A stretch of 59,637 nucleotides of DNA, counting the filler, from Basidioascus undulatus (Eukaryota): assembly GCA_000826855.1 (NCBI GenBank). It is 3 parts of 3 records of this genome, joined end to end, with 100 filler letters (N's around TTAATTAATTAA, not from the genome) between each part and the next. Parts side by side here need not be neighbours in the genome. Positions count along the whole stretch, not along the records: positions 1 to 19,824 come from JTLS01000395.1; 2 more parts are not named here. One strand, 5' to 3'. How positions within the stretch are numbered: the first letter of the stretch is position 1; the number at the start of each line of letters is the position of its first letter. Shown one piece after another: positions 1-11,227 of this stretch. The notes beneath the pieces were generated by a model, which did not search any database, was not told the DNA's origin, and was given only the letters and a program-made list of their open reading frames with translations. Position numbers and translations under genes: made by a program.

Positions 1-1016
1 CGCAGCAGTCAAGACGCACGTCCCCAACGCCCCTGTCGCGCCCCGGCATGCTATGCCTGGGCGTCGCGCCGCCCCGCCGCGCGCCATCGGGACCGGCACG
101 CCTACCGTGCCGCGGAGCTCGCCGCGCATCCGGCTCCGCCCGCCGACGCTTCTCCCCACACTCCCGACGCGCTCGGCGCTCAACGCGCTCTACCTCGCCT
201 ACCGCAACGCAAGTCTGTCGATCGGCGCCGCGCGCAACAGCCTCCTCTCGCGCGCGGCGGAGGCGTACCGCCTCGGCGACGGCGCGTCGGCGAAGCAGTT
301 CTCGCGCGAGGCCAACGAGCTGAACGAGCGCATGGGCGCCGAGAACAGCGAGGCTGCAGGCCGCCTCGTCCGCGAGCGCCGCAAGGCCGTGCAGGAGGCG
401 CTCGCTGCTGGGACGGGCATGAACGGGTACGAGGGCGACGAGGCGGGCCGGAAGGACCGCGGCAAGGAAGTCGGCGGCGGGCTCGGCGTGTGCCTCGGCA
501 TGGCGGCCCGCGAGAGCACCGTTTCTGGCGATGAGCGTCTTGAGGCTCTACTTGACTGTGAGTACCGTATAGGTCTTGTTCGGGGTAGACGTTCTCTCGC
601 TGACGAGATTGACTCGGCTTTACAGTGCACGGCTTGCATTCCTCCGAAGCGCTCGAAGTTCTCGAGGAGTTCCTGCTCGGCGTTCGTCCATCTCCTTTCA
701 GGTTTCCCACGCGCCCTGCGAACTGACACCCTCTGCTCTGATCCCCCAGCTCGAGCGCGAGCACTTCCTCGGCATCGGGTACCTGCTCGTCGGTGAGCAA
801 AAGCACACGGGTATGGCCGACCCTGCGCGGGGCGCATCGAAGCACCGCCTGGCGGCGGCCGTGCGCGAGTGGCTAGACCGGTGGGGGTGCGTCGCTTTCC
901 TGCACAACCTCCTCGTCCTCCATTGCAAACCTGGGGACTAATCTTCGCCTCGCTTCAGATACCCCGCGCTCGAGTCGAACGGCGTCATCGCGGTCGACGC
1001 AATGACTCACTTCTAG
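1..1016 (+). CDS. 3' part of a DUF1771/Smr-domain protein (5' end outside the window), 4 exons visible
   Basis: DUF1771-like helix RNSLLSRAAEAYRLGDGASAKQFSREANELNERM. Removing three GT-AG introns gives Smr motifs LLD|LHGLHSSEALEVLEEFL, GYLLVGEQKH, LAAAVREWLDRWG|YPALESNGVIAVD. Stop TAG at 1014-1016. Confidence 0.85.
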
Positions 1017-2390
1017 ACGGCTTTCGGGCGGCGCAGCGCGGCGGGCGGACTCGGACGGACTCGACTCCACGCGTCGACCCCTGCAGGGCCTCCTCGCCTT
1101 GCCGCCTTCCTATGCCTCCCCTTCTCCCCTCCTCACTCGATTCTGGACTTGCAATGCGAATGAAGATGACAATAAGAGATATACGGAAGGATGGGTGACT
1201 TGAAATTGACTTGAAATTGAATGAATTGATCTGAATGTGATGCGCGGCAGTTCAGGTGTGCTGGCCGGGTGTGGGAGATGTCGTCGAGCTTTCTGTAGTG
1301 TGCGCACACGTTGCTGGGCCTGCTGTGTGTCCGGTGCAGCTTTGCTTTGCCTAGACGGGATGATGAGCAGGATATCAGTTTGCGAATGATGGCGGAAGCG
1401 CGGGCAGGCATTTGCGTTACGTCTCGTCCGATATGCTCAACATGTTTAGACTGACACTACTGCCGTTCGTAGCGGTGGTTAGGCGTCTGATGGAAAATTG
1501 CCTCTGTACCAAACGGCAAGAAAGGATTGCACAAGTTCAACTTCGGCATTGCTACACAAGATGCAGTGTTCTGAGCGGCTGCAGTGCCGACGTGGTCGTC
1601 GACTGCCTGCGCGATCCTTCAAACACGTACAAAGCCTTTGACAGGGCGGCCTGCTACCCCCTTTCACCTTTTCTGCATATTTAATGTTCGTTCGACATTG
1701 TGCAGAACCTCGTCCGTAACTTGGTGCACAACAGCGCTGCTGGCTTAGTGCAGTGAAAGCGGCGCACACAGTGAATCGGCGATGAATGCCTGCGCCCGCT
1801 TCATGTGCCATATGGCAGTGATGGTTTGCTACATTGAAGGTACTAATTTCAATAGGGAAAACAGCTATATATACATCCCAAATCGTTTCATGTTGGACAG
1901 TCTGTCTAAACAGTTTCACTTCGGGCACAGAGATGCGTCTGCTTGAACGCCTTCGCGGTCCCCTCAAGCTCTATCGCCAAAAATAGGCAGAGCCTCCTTT
2001 GCCACAAAAATGGAGTATCTGTAAAAGAGGAATGACGCAGATGGTGAAAGCGATAGGTGAAAGAAGGCAAATGGACGATGAGGCGAGATGCACTTCAGGG
2101 CCGGCTTTTCGGCCGGCTCGTGGATTTTGAGAAGACGCACGCTACGCTTCTATTTTGTAGCGGGAAACGGTAAGGCGAACTGCTGAATCTACGCATTTTG
2201 AACCGCTGATAACTGACTGTACCATCGTATTCTCCTCATTTTCCCCGTTCGATCCATACCCGACTCGACGCGCCGTCCGAAAACCTGCCGAACCCGCCCT
2301 CCGCCTTCCCCTGCGCCCGACGTTGCTCCTGCCCTCCTCCGGCCTTGCTCTTCTCTCCTCGCTTTCTATTCCGGCTCACCAGACCTTCTG

Positions 2391-2778
2391 GTGAGTCTGG
2401 GATTCAACCGCGCAACGAGCGCGACGATATCGTTCTTTTGGTCGGGCGAGGCCGCGAGCTCGCACCGTTGGAGGGGGCAGGCTGTTTCCCGGGGAGATGT
2501 CGGAGGAAGGCCTCGCAGGACTTGGGGAGCGGCGGGAAATTGCATGGGCGAAAAAGGCCATTGGCGGTCCGGAGGGTGATTGGAGAGCTGGGAGGACTTG
2601 GCGAATGAGCTCCGGTTCGTCCTATACCGATAGAGACGCTGACTTCTCCCTTGCTCCCTCCTCCCAACTCCTCGACCTTGCTCCGGCCCTTGCCTCTCAC
2701 GCCTCTCTTCTCTCGCCGCTCTCACGCCTGCATTCCACCGTCATTTCTCTCTCGCGCCCCGTCATGCCCGTCTCTCAG
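2391..2778 (+). promoter_or_regulatory. 5'UTR intron of RPL12 with a distant branch point
   Basis: Donor GTGAGT at 2391 and branch GCTGAC at 2638-2643. The pyrimidine-rich tract that follows has no AG until CAG at 2776-2778, 5 nt before the ATG. Confidence 0.7.
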
Positions 2779-2783
2779 ACAAC

Positions 2784-3573
2784 ATGGCCCCCAAGCTCGA
2801 CCCCAACGAGGTGAAGATCATCTACCTCCGCGCGACCGGTGGTGAGGTCGGTGCCTCGTCCGCGCTTGCCCCCAAGATCGGTGCGCTTTTCTACGACACC
2901 CTTGCTCTTTGGCTCTGAAATTGCTGACACTCGCTTTCCCCCTCAGGTCCTCTTGGTCTCGTCCGTTCCCTCCTTTGCGGTCCAACGGTGTTCTAGGCGA
3001 CGTACTGACGCGCTTGGACTCGGAACAACAGTCCCCCAAGAAGGTCGGCGAGGACATCGCGAAGGCGACCTCGGACTGGAAGGGCCTCCGCGTTACCGTC
3101 CAGCTCACGATCCAGAACCGTCAAGCCGCGGTTTCGGTCGTTCCGTCTGCCTCCTCGCTGGTCATCCGCGCGCTCAAGGGTGCGTTCGGTTTCTCCTCTC
3201 CGGGTCTGCCGGGTCAGGGTATTCGTCAAGGAGGCTGACTGATCGGGTCGACGGCTATTTACAGAGCCCCCTCGTGACCGCAAGAAGGAGAAGAACGTCA
3301 AGCACAGCGGTAACGTCCCCTTCGACGAGATCGTCGAGATTGCCCGCATCATGCGCTCCCGCTCGCTCGCCAAGCAGCTCTCTGGCACCGTCAAGGAGAT
3401 CCTTGGCACTGCTCAGTCCGTTGGCTGCACCATTGACGGCAAGCCCCCGCACGACGTCATTGAGGCCATCGACGAGGGTAAGCCCAAGCGTTACATTCAT
3501 GAACGTAGGATGCAGACCGCTGACTGTCGATTGGCGCGCTTTCACAGGCGAGATCGAGGTCCCCGAGGAGTAA
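2784..3573 (+). CDS. RPL12: 60S ribosomal protein L12 (uL11), 5 coding exons including a 14-nt exon at 2947-2960
   Basis: Spliced translation [69 protein letters not shown]...[16 protein letters not shown]...GEIEVPEE*. Confidence 0.98.
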
Positions 3574-4005
3574 ATGCATCCCTCGGCTGTGCCTCGTGGG
3601 TCGTTGTCATATGAGGGGTCCTGTCATGTCGCATGCCACTGTATTTCTGCTTGCATCTCCCAGGTCGTACGCTCGCCTATTCCTGCGTGCTGGTTGTGCT
3701 TCGTCGCCCTGTTCTCGTCCAATGCCGCCCAATATAGCGCTGGTCGCCCGTGCAGTTGCTCAATGGAAACCTCCCCTCTGAAAATGAGCTTGCGCTATCA
3801 CTATCTTCCAAGTCTCTCACTGGCAAGAACTGAAATCTGTGCATCGCTTTGCATTGCACAGCGACATTTTGGCACCGAAGCCATCCCGGACGACGACGTC
3901 AGCGGGCGGCCTGGAGAATTGTGGCAAGCGGCATCACGCGGCTTGTCTTCCTCCTTGACCCAACCTTCCATCCTCTCGCTTTCAACCCTCGTACCCTCTC
4001 TCACA

Positions 4006-5725
4006 ATGCTCAGACCGTCAATACGACCGTTCTTGTCGCTTTCTGGCTGCACGCCCGCTCGCTCCTTGCATACGTCCCTTCCCCGTCTGCGCCCTCGGAT
4101 ACCGTTCACCGAATCTCGACCGCCGCGCTACCCTCCTGCCGACTTCCCGACCCCTTCCGCATTACGCCCCACCTTGTTCGCGCTCGGTCTCGGGACTGCA
4201 ACGTATCTTGCCGCTGGGACGTTGACGAACGTGGAAACGGAGAAGTGGACGGAGAGGCTCGGGCCAGGGTCGTGGTGGAGAGCGGGTGTGGTGGGCGACG
4301 ATGTGATTAAGCGGGCGAGGAGATTGGAACTGGCAAAGGTGAGCACAGCGTACTTCAGGAAATGGATACGGGCCGTGTTTCGGGCATAACTCTTCGCTTG
4401 GTTGTCGTGCCGCTGACTATATTAACCTTCATCCCTTCCAGAAACTGAACGCCTCGCTCTCGCACGTCGTAGCGACCGTTTCGTCCCTCCCCACCACCAT
4501 TCAACAGCTCGTCGTACGCACATACGTCGTGACGTGCGAAGCGTACCTCAACTCCTCCGACGCACACCGCACGGCGATCGGCATCATCGCCGCAAACACC
4601 CTCGTCTTCGCGCTCTGGCATATGCCGTCACCCTGCCTGCAGGCGTTCATGATGCGCAACTTCATGCACCACCCACTGCTAAACGGGAACTGGACGCTCG
4701 CGACGAGTGTGTTCAGGTTCGTCAATTTCGTATCTTTGCAAACGTCGGGGTGCTGATATTCCTAATTATTTTGCAGCCACAAGAGCGGCGCGCACTTCCT
4801 GTTCAACATGATCGCGCTGTACTCCATAGGTTTGTCCGCAACATGCCACGATCTTTCAACTATTCTTGACACCAAGCTTCCGCAGGCTCCTCCGCATTCG
4901 AGTACCTCGAGCGCCCACACCTCTTCAACCCCGACGCCCCTGCCCACCCTCCCGAAGCTTCCTCCTCGTACCACTTCTTCAGCTTCTACCTCGCCGCTGG
5001 CGTAGTTGCCTCGCTCGTCTCGCACATCGTCTCCGTGCGCTTCCGGCTGCCGAAGCTCATTGCCGCAAGCACTGTCACTAGCCCCCTCGCGGCTGCAAGG
5101 GCTGCACCTGCCATCTTGCCATCGCTCGGCGCTTCGGGGGCGATCTGTATGCGTTCGAGATCATCATTTCAGCTCTTCACATGACACTGAAAGAATGAAC
5201 CTGCTTGGCGCACAGACTCTTGCCTGGCCGTGACCGCCCTCGCCTTCCCCGACGCCAAGGTCTCGTAAGTCTGATGCTGGTCAACTCGCGCAACTTGCCT
5301 ACCTGACGTCCCCTACGTAGCATCATCTTCCTTCCCATGTTCCCCGTACCTATCTCCACAGGCATGCTCGGTCTCGTGGGTCTCGACATCATCGGGATTC
5401 TGCGAGGCTGGAAGTGCGTCCTTGATGGCTCTCGCCCATCGTGCCGAAGACATGCTGACGACGTTTGCTCAACCCTGCCAGGCTTTTCGGTGAGCTGCTT
5501 GCACAGGATTCTCGGCCATGACTGCATGCTGATGTTTTTTCCTTCACAGACCACTGGGCGCATCTGGCGGGCGCAGCGTTTGGCGGTACGTTTCTCAGGT
5601 TCTCAGACCTAGACACGCACTTGCTCACGATGATGGTGTACGCAGCTTCCTACTACTGGCTCGGTCCGCCGCTGTGGAACGAAGTCAGAAAGGTCACTGG
5701 CGCCCCTGCGGCGGTTTCATCATGA
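4006..5725 (+). CDS. PCP1: Mitochondrial rhomboid protease (Pcp1/PARL family)
   Basis: Arg/Ser/Leu-rich presequence-like N-terminus (MLRPSIRPFLSL). Motifs TLATSVF/SHKSGAHFLFNMIAL, catalytic PSLGASGAIY, and GWKLFDHWAHLAGAAFG (needs an 8-nt exon at 5482-5489). Confidence 0.92.
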
Positions 5726-6224
5726 ACTCTTATTGCTCTCGCATGCACCGCTGGCTGTGCTTGCTCTGTGCAGGATAGACGACTTTGTGTCCATCACGGT
5801 GAAGCCACCTTGTACCCAAGTGCGTAGATACGCAACCGCCTTCGAGTGATGTGGTCTCCGCCCTCACAAAGCACAATCGTGTAATGCCTCGACGTTTGAA
5901 GAAGATGTCACCCATACAGTAGTGTTACCGCTGCAGGTTTCCGCACTGCAAGACGAGTTCTCTGTTTGCAGACATCAGATATCCGGCCCAATGGGTCGAG
6001 CTCTATACCTCCACCGCCTCGGGCACAGCGCGCTTCTCGTTCTCCCGGCGTGCACACAGCACCCACTGCCACAGACCTTCGCACATTTCCCGTGCGACAT
6101 CTGTTGGTAAAGCGTGACCCTGTCGTTAAAGTGAAAGATTCAGAGCCTAGTGGTTAGCGACTGTGGCGCCAGTGTAAATCCAGCATGCTCACATTGAACA
6201 GCGGCGAAGTATGCCCGTGCCGCG

Positions 6225-6923
6225 TCATACCGTTGTCCGACTCCTCATTGAAGACAGCCTCGGCGATTCCGGTGGTAAAAAGTCGAAAGGTGATGATATT
6301 GAGCAGTGGGATCGCCACGGGAGGCCAGATGCTACAGCCGAGGCGAAGCCATGGCGGAAGGTGGAGCGTTGCCGGAGGAGGAGCGATCCGGATGGGATGA
6401 GGGTCAAAGTGTCTGGTCGAAATGAGAATGTCATTGCAAACAGGGTCAATGTTGAATGGAAAGAGCCTGTCTTCAACGAGATGCTCGACCGGGAAGCACT
6501 CACATTCGCGCACGGCTCGGCTCCGACTGAGCGCCCAGTGGTCGATCAATTGGGATTGAAAGAAGAGCTGCGCCCACCCCCAGAAGGACTTGACTGGAAA
6601 CGGTGTTCAACCGTTAGCAAGCCAAGACACCTCATTGAAAGGACAACCTTACCTTCCCGCAGATCACAAGCGCTTGCACCAGCAGTAGGAAGAAGACCAC
6701 CAGAGCAGCTGCATCCCACGCCCATAAACAGGATATTGTGGCGTGCGCTGGAGGAACGCGCCGGGCGTGATTCAGTCCAGTACGAATAACGGAGTGTGCC
6801 GTTCTCGTCGATAGACTTCGAGAGGCTACGGTGCTCGGGGAGCGGCGAGTGTTCCCGCTCCGCCGGCGGGAAGTGTTCCCATCGAAAATGTGCTTGCTCC
6901 CAGGGATCATGTTGTAAATGCAA
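6225..6923 (-). CDS. Hypothetical 3-exon gene or remnant
   Basis: Two canonical introns (GTAAGG...GCTAAC...CAG near 6594-6652; GTGAGT...CAG near 6413-6501) join frames into one ORF. No recognisable domain. Confidence 0.3.
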
Positions 6924-7303
6924 ATGAGATGAAGGAGTGGAGGAGAGCTGAAAGAGGCACGATCAGACGATACTGCTCGAGCCTCGAGGTACTATTAATG
7001 GGGTGTACACGCGTGCCATGCGGCTGAGCGGATTGCCCCACACTGAGAGGCGGTGTTCCACAAGGCTTCTGGAAACGTTTCGCTTTTGAGTGCTACCTGG
7101 CAGTCAGCGGATTATATGTAATGAGGCGATGAAATAAGAAACTGCGTTCACACGGACTGTGTCCGAGTGCGCTGTGCACATTCCCAATGGCTGTGCGCGA
7201 GCAGAGCTCGCTGTGTCTAAAAGAGAGAAGGAAGGTGACCACAATATGATGAACCGAATGCGTTTGTTGGTGATAGCAATAAGTAAAGGTCGCGAATATA
7301 GTG

Positions 7304-10300
7304 TTACAAGATGCGGATCCACCGGTGTCCCGAAACGATGCAGCACCTCGCCGCCTCAAGGAGCTCTTCCGAGATCCAATCCACCTCGGCATCACCTCCG
7401 CCATCGACCTCCAACGCCGACGCATCGTCTGTCCGAAGATGGGAAGGCGGGAGTACGGCTTTGCGGTCGGACCCGATGGAGGTGCGCGTCCGGGTGTCGC
7501 GGACGATGTCGAGCGTGATGCTGCAGCGGGCTAGGGAAACAATATCAATCGGAGGCAGCGCAACATATGAAAAAAGTTGGTGAACACACCCCAGTCATGG
7601 CCCTCGCCACAAGTTCCGATGTCCAGCGAGCTGAACAGGATCGGCGCGCCGGTCGCAGGGCAGGTCTCGCCCACGTCGAGCGCGCGCGTGAACGCGAGCG
7701 GGTCCGGCGTCGGCGAGTCGCCAGCGGGTGGGAGTACCTGCACGCCGGGCCCGGTAAACATGTCGAGGGGTAGCCCGCACGCGTGCGCGAGAGCCTCGGC
7801 GGTTTGCGTGAGAGACGGGGTGGTGGAGGACAGGGAGAGGGAGGCGTGGATGATGCGGAGGAAGAGGGGGCGCGAGGAGGCTGGCGAGGCGGACGGGAGT
7901 GGAAAATGTAGGGGTTCCAATAGCGTATCGGCAAACTCGTTCAGGGAAGGTATTGGAAGTTCAAAGTGAGTCTGGACGTACCTGAAGCGTGTGGGGCGAG
8001 GACAGTCAGGCGCCGACAGAGCAGCCAGAGGACGTCTCGCGTGATCGCCGCGCGGAGGGCCTTCTCGCCATACAGGTCGTTGAACTCCTTGGGATCGAGA
8101 AACGGTGCCGAGATGGCTTCGAACGCGCGCTGAAAACCGAAGACCTCCCGTTCGATCAGTCCCCCCTTTCTTCCTGCGAGACCTTTCGTGCAGGAGAGCG
8201 AGAAAGGAGCGGTCGACTCACATTGCAGTGATGAGCAATATTCCACCTGAGCCTCGTCGAGTCCAGGCTGGAGTGGCCGAATAAGTCGTGCAAAAAGCCC
8301 TCGCGGGCGTACGCCCGTTTCTGCGCGAGGTCCGCGCCCTCGGGTAGGGGCGCCAGTGCGCCCGGGGGGACGAAGCGATCCTCGGGCGGGGCGGTGGGCG
8401 GCACGAACAGCGCTCCAGGCAGGAGCTGCAGGTCCGTCTCGCTCGTCACTTTGCGGAGGAAATGGAAGAAGGGACGGAGGTTAGAGAGTGGCGAGCGGTG
8501 GAGCACTGTCGAAGCCGGAGATCGAGACCAGGCAAAGGCGGTCGGTCAGTACTGTTTGGGGACGAGGCGGGTAGCGAAGTGATCGCTATCTCACATTTGG
8601 GAGGATTCTCGACTAGGCATAGGAGGTCGGACAAGGTCGAGTCCTGGCCCTCGAGGGACTCGAGAAGGGGCGCCGTAACCATGAGCGCGTGGTGCTTGCC
8701 CTCAGGCACGTAGTTGATATCCGCGGGCGCTCTCGACCTATTGAAACCGACGCGGTAAGTGATTGTGGCGACATACACCCGTGCCCTAATGATCGCAAAT
8801 CGCCGAATCTTAGGTACTCACTCGTACGTCCAACACACGTTCCCACCAGCGCCCAGCAGCGCCGCGCCATGCGTCATCATGAACTCGCGCTTCGTCGGTT
8901 TCCGGACACCGGTAATGGATGCCTGCACAGCCTCGAACGTCTCGCGCGCGCGGCGGGTGACGTGCTCGGACAAGCCGCCGGCGTGCAGCGCCGGCTGGGT
9001 CGCGAGCGAGGTGAGGAGGTGCATCGACCCGTCGAGGAGGGCGACGAGCAGCGTGTCGTTGTCGGATGTGGGGAGGAGGGAGAGGCCTGCCAGTTGATAA
9101 GGAAGTGTTAGGGAGGCAATTGCTTGGATAACAGCGGCTTGAAGAGAAGAACTGACCAGTCACGGGTGTGTACGCGGACGAGCCTACGCTTTCGCCGAGC
9201 GTCTTCAACTCGACGTCCGCAAGGCCGCCGGCGCCGTTCGCAGCATCCGCGACAGCCGCCGGGTCGCAGACAAAGATCGAGCCAGCCTTTCCCCCCACGA
9301 TCACAGACTGCGCGCCGTGTCAGCCTTCGTCGTGGCTCTGTCGAGGAAGAGCGGGCTGCACATACCTTCCTCTCCGGCCCGACGTCGAACAATTCCAGCG
9401 CGGTGATCTGCCGCCGATCAGAGCGCACCACGCGTCTCGGGTCGTCCGAGATGGTGATGGAGATCTCGGGCGCGTCCTCGCCCTCGAGCTTTTGCATGAT
9501 GTTCAAGGCGTGCACCGTTCCGTCCGGCTCGGCCCATGCGACTTGCGCTGAGCCTGGGGATGGGCAGCATAGATTTCAATCCTGGAGAAGTGTAGTTCGC
9601 AATAAAGAAAGCAACGCACATTCGCCAGGTGCGCTGCTCCGCCAATTTGAGACAGCGACGTGGGAGATCCATGCTTCCGAAACGCGTTGCTGGTGAACGA
9701 GCTGGACTCGCCCGTTGCCGACATGTCTGATGGAGACGGCGTTGAGAAGACTGCGTTGGTTCGGGAGAAAGAGGCGAAGACTTGCCTCAGAAACAGCAGA
9801 TCGCCCGCTTTGTTCCCCAGCACGAGGAGCGAGCCGTCCATGACAGACGTATCCGAGCTCGCAGAGCTGGCCGACTCGCCGAAGACAGCGCTGGATGACC
9901 ACGCCAGACCTGCGAGGCACGGACATGTCTCCGAGGTTGAGCCGCACGCCCGAGAGGGTGGTGAGGGAAGGAGAAAGAGCGTACACAGAATTTGCGACTC
10001 CAGAGACCCTTTGAGCACACGCTCGGCCTCCTTTGGTGTCGCTTCGACCGGATCGATGTCAACCCAGGTGTGAACTGATGCCTGCCGCAGGCTGTCGGTG
10101 ACGTCTTGGCTCTGTGAAAGCGGGCAGGCGCGTCAAATACTTGAACACGTTGCGGGAAGTAATGATAGTCGCAGGGAAGAGGCAAGGCTCACAATGTACC
10201 AGAGCCCGGTGAGCGAGTTCATGTTGGGCGTGTAGATAAAGAGCTCGAGGCTGCTCGTCAGCGCAGCGAGGAGACAGCTGCAAGGACGCCCACCGTCAAG

Positions 10301-10929
10301 TGGCATCAGGACAAGCCGCTCTCCTGCGTGACGTGAAGATAGAAGCAATAAAGGCCGCATACCCTCCATAAGGGTTCAGTCCGCTCGGAGACCAGCTCGC
10401 AGCCCTCCAGACGGGATCGAGCGAGCCTGGGACAGCCGCCGCAGGATCTATGGGCCGAACACGATTAGACTGTGGTTGCGAGTGAAGACCGATTTCGATC
10501 AAAGCCATACCGAGGCAATGTATCCCATGGATAAAGGACCCCTTCTTCTCGACCTCGATGATCGTCCGGTACATGCGCATGCGTTTGTCGGCGCTCTCGC
10601 CCTCCGGCGGAGCGGCCGGAGCGTTCTTCTTAAACTGCACGGACTGTGCGCTCGCGTCCGCGTGGGCGATCGCGGCGTTCGGATCGAAGAGAACTCCGGA
10701 GTCGGGCGTCTGGCACGGGAGGAACGCGACCATGGTCAGGTACTGGGAACCTGGTCTTGATGGGAAGGTCTCGTACGAGAATGTGAATGCTTCGACGCGT
10801 CAGGACCACCGCTTGGCCGTCCGCAGACCACTGGATCGTCCGCGCTGAAGGCGCTGGCGGGACGTGAGGGAGGACGACGACAGCCTCGACGGAAGGAGTT
10901 GCCGAGGCCGAGGGCGTCGGCGCGGGCAT
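7304..10929 (-). CDS. GTF3C4: RNA polymerase III transcription factor TFIIIC delta subunit (TFIIIC90/Sfc9-like), multi-exon
   Basis: N-terminal TFIIIC_delta-like motif IQWSADGQAVVLTRRSIHIL, WRAASWSPSG and WD-like LLVLGNKAGDLLF. C-terminal zf-TFIIIC-like ETCPAT...CGEGHDWARCSIT...RKAVLPP...LEAARCCIVSGHRWIRIL*. Contains a GC-AG intron at 9727-9785. Confidence 0.8.
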
Positions 10930-11227
10930 GGCTCGAACGGAACGAGGAGATGAAGCTCCGACCGAATAATGCGTAGGATGGAACGCCTCGAAATGTTAGT
11001 GAGAGCAGAGAGCGGTGAGAGTGAGCGCCGAGTGGCAGTGACGAGTAAGAAAAAACGAAGGCAAAAAGCAAAAGGCTCGAGTCGAACCCTCGTTGGAACG
11101 CGTTCGGATATTAAGCACGTGTTTTCCCACGACCGACCTCCCTTGCCCCCTCCTCCCGGCACATCTTGCCCAATTTCGCACTCGTATTGATAACTCACGG
11201 GCCATCCATGGCCGATCGTCACTGATA

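Noticed and set aside
1520..1684. GCSADVVVDCLR resembling a carboxylesterase loop
   Set aside because: Single short motif with no other family features.
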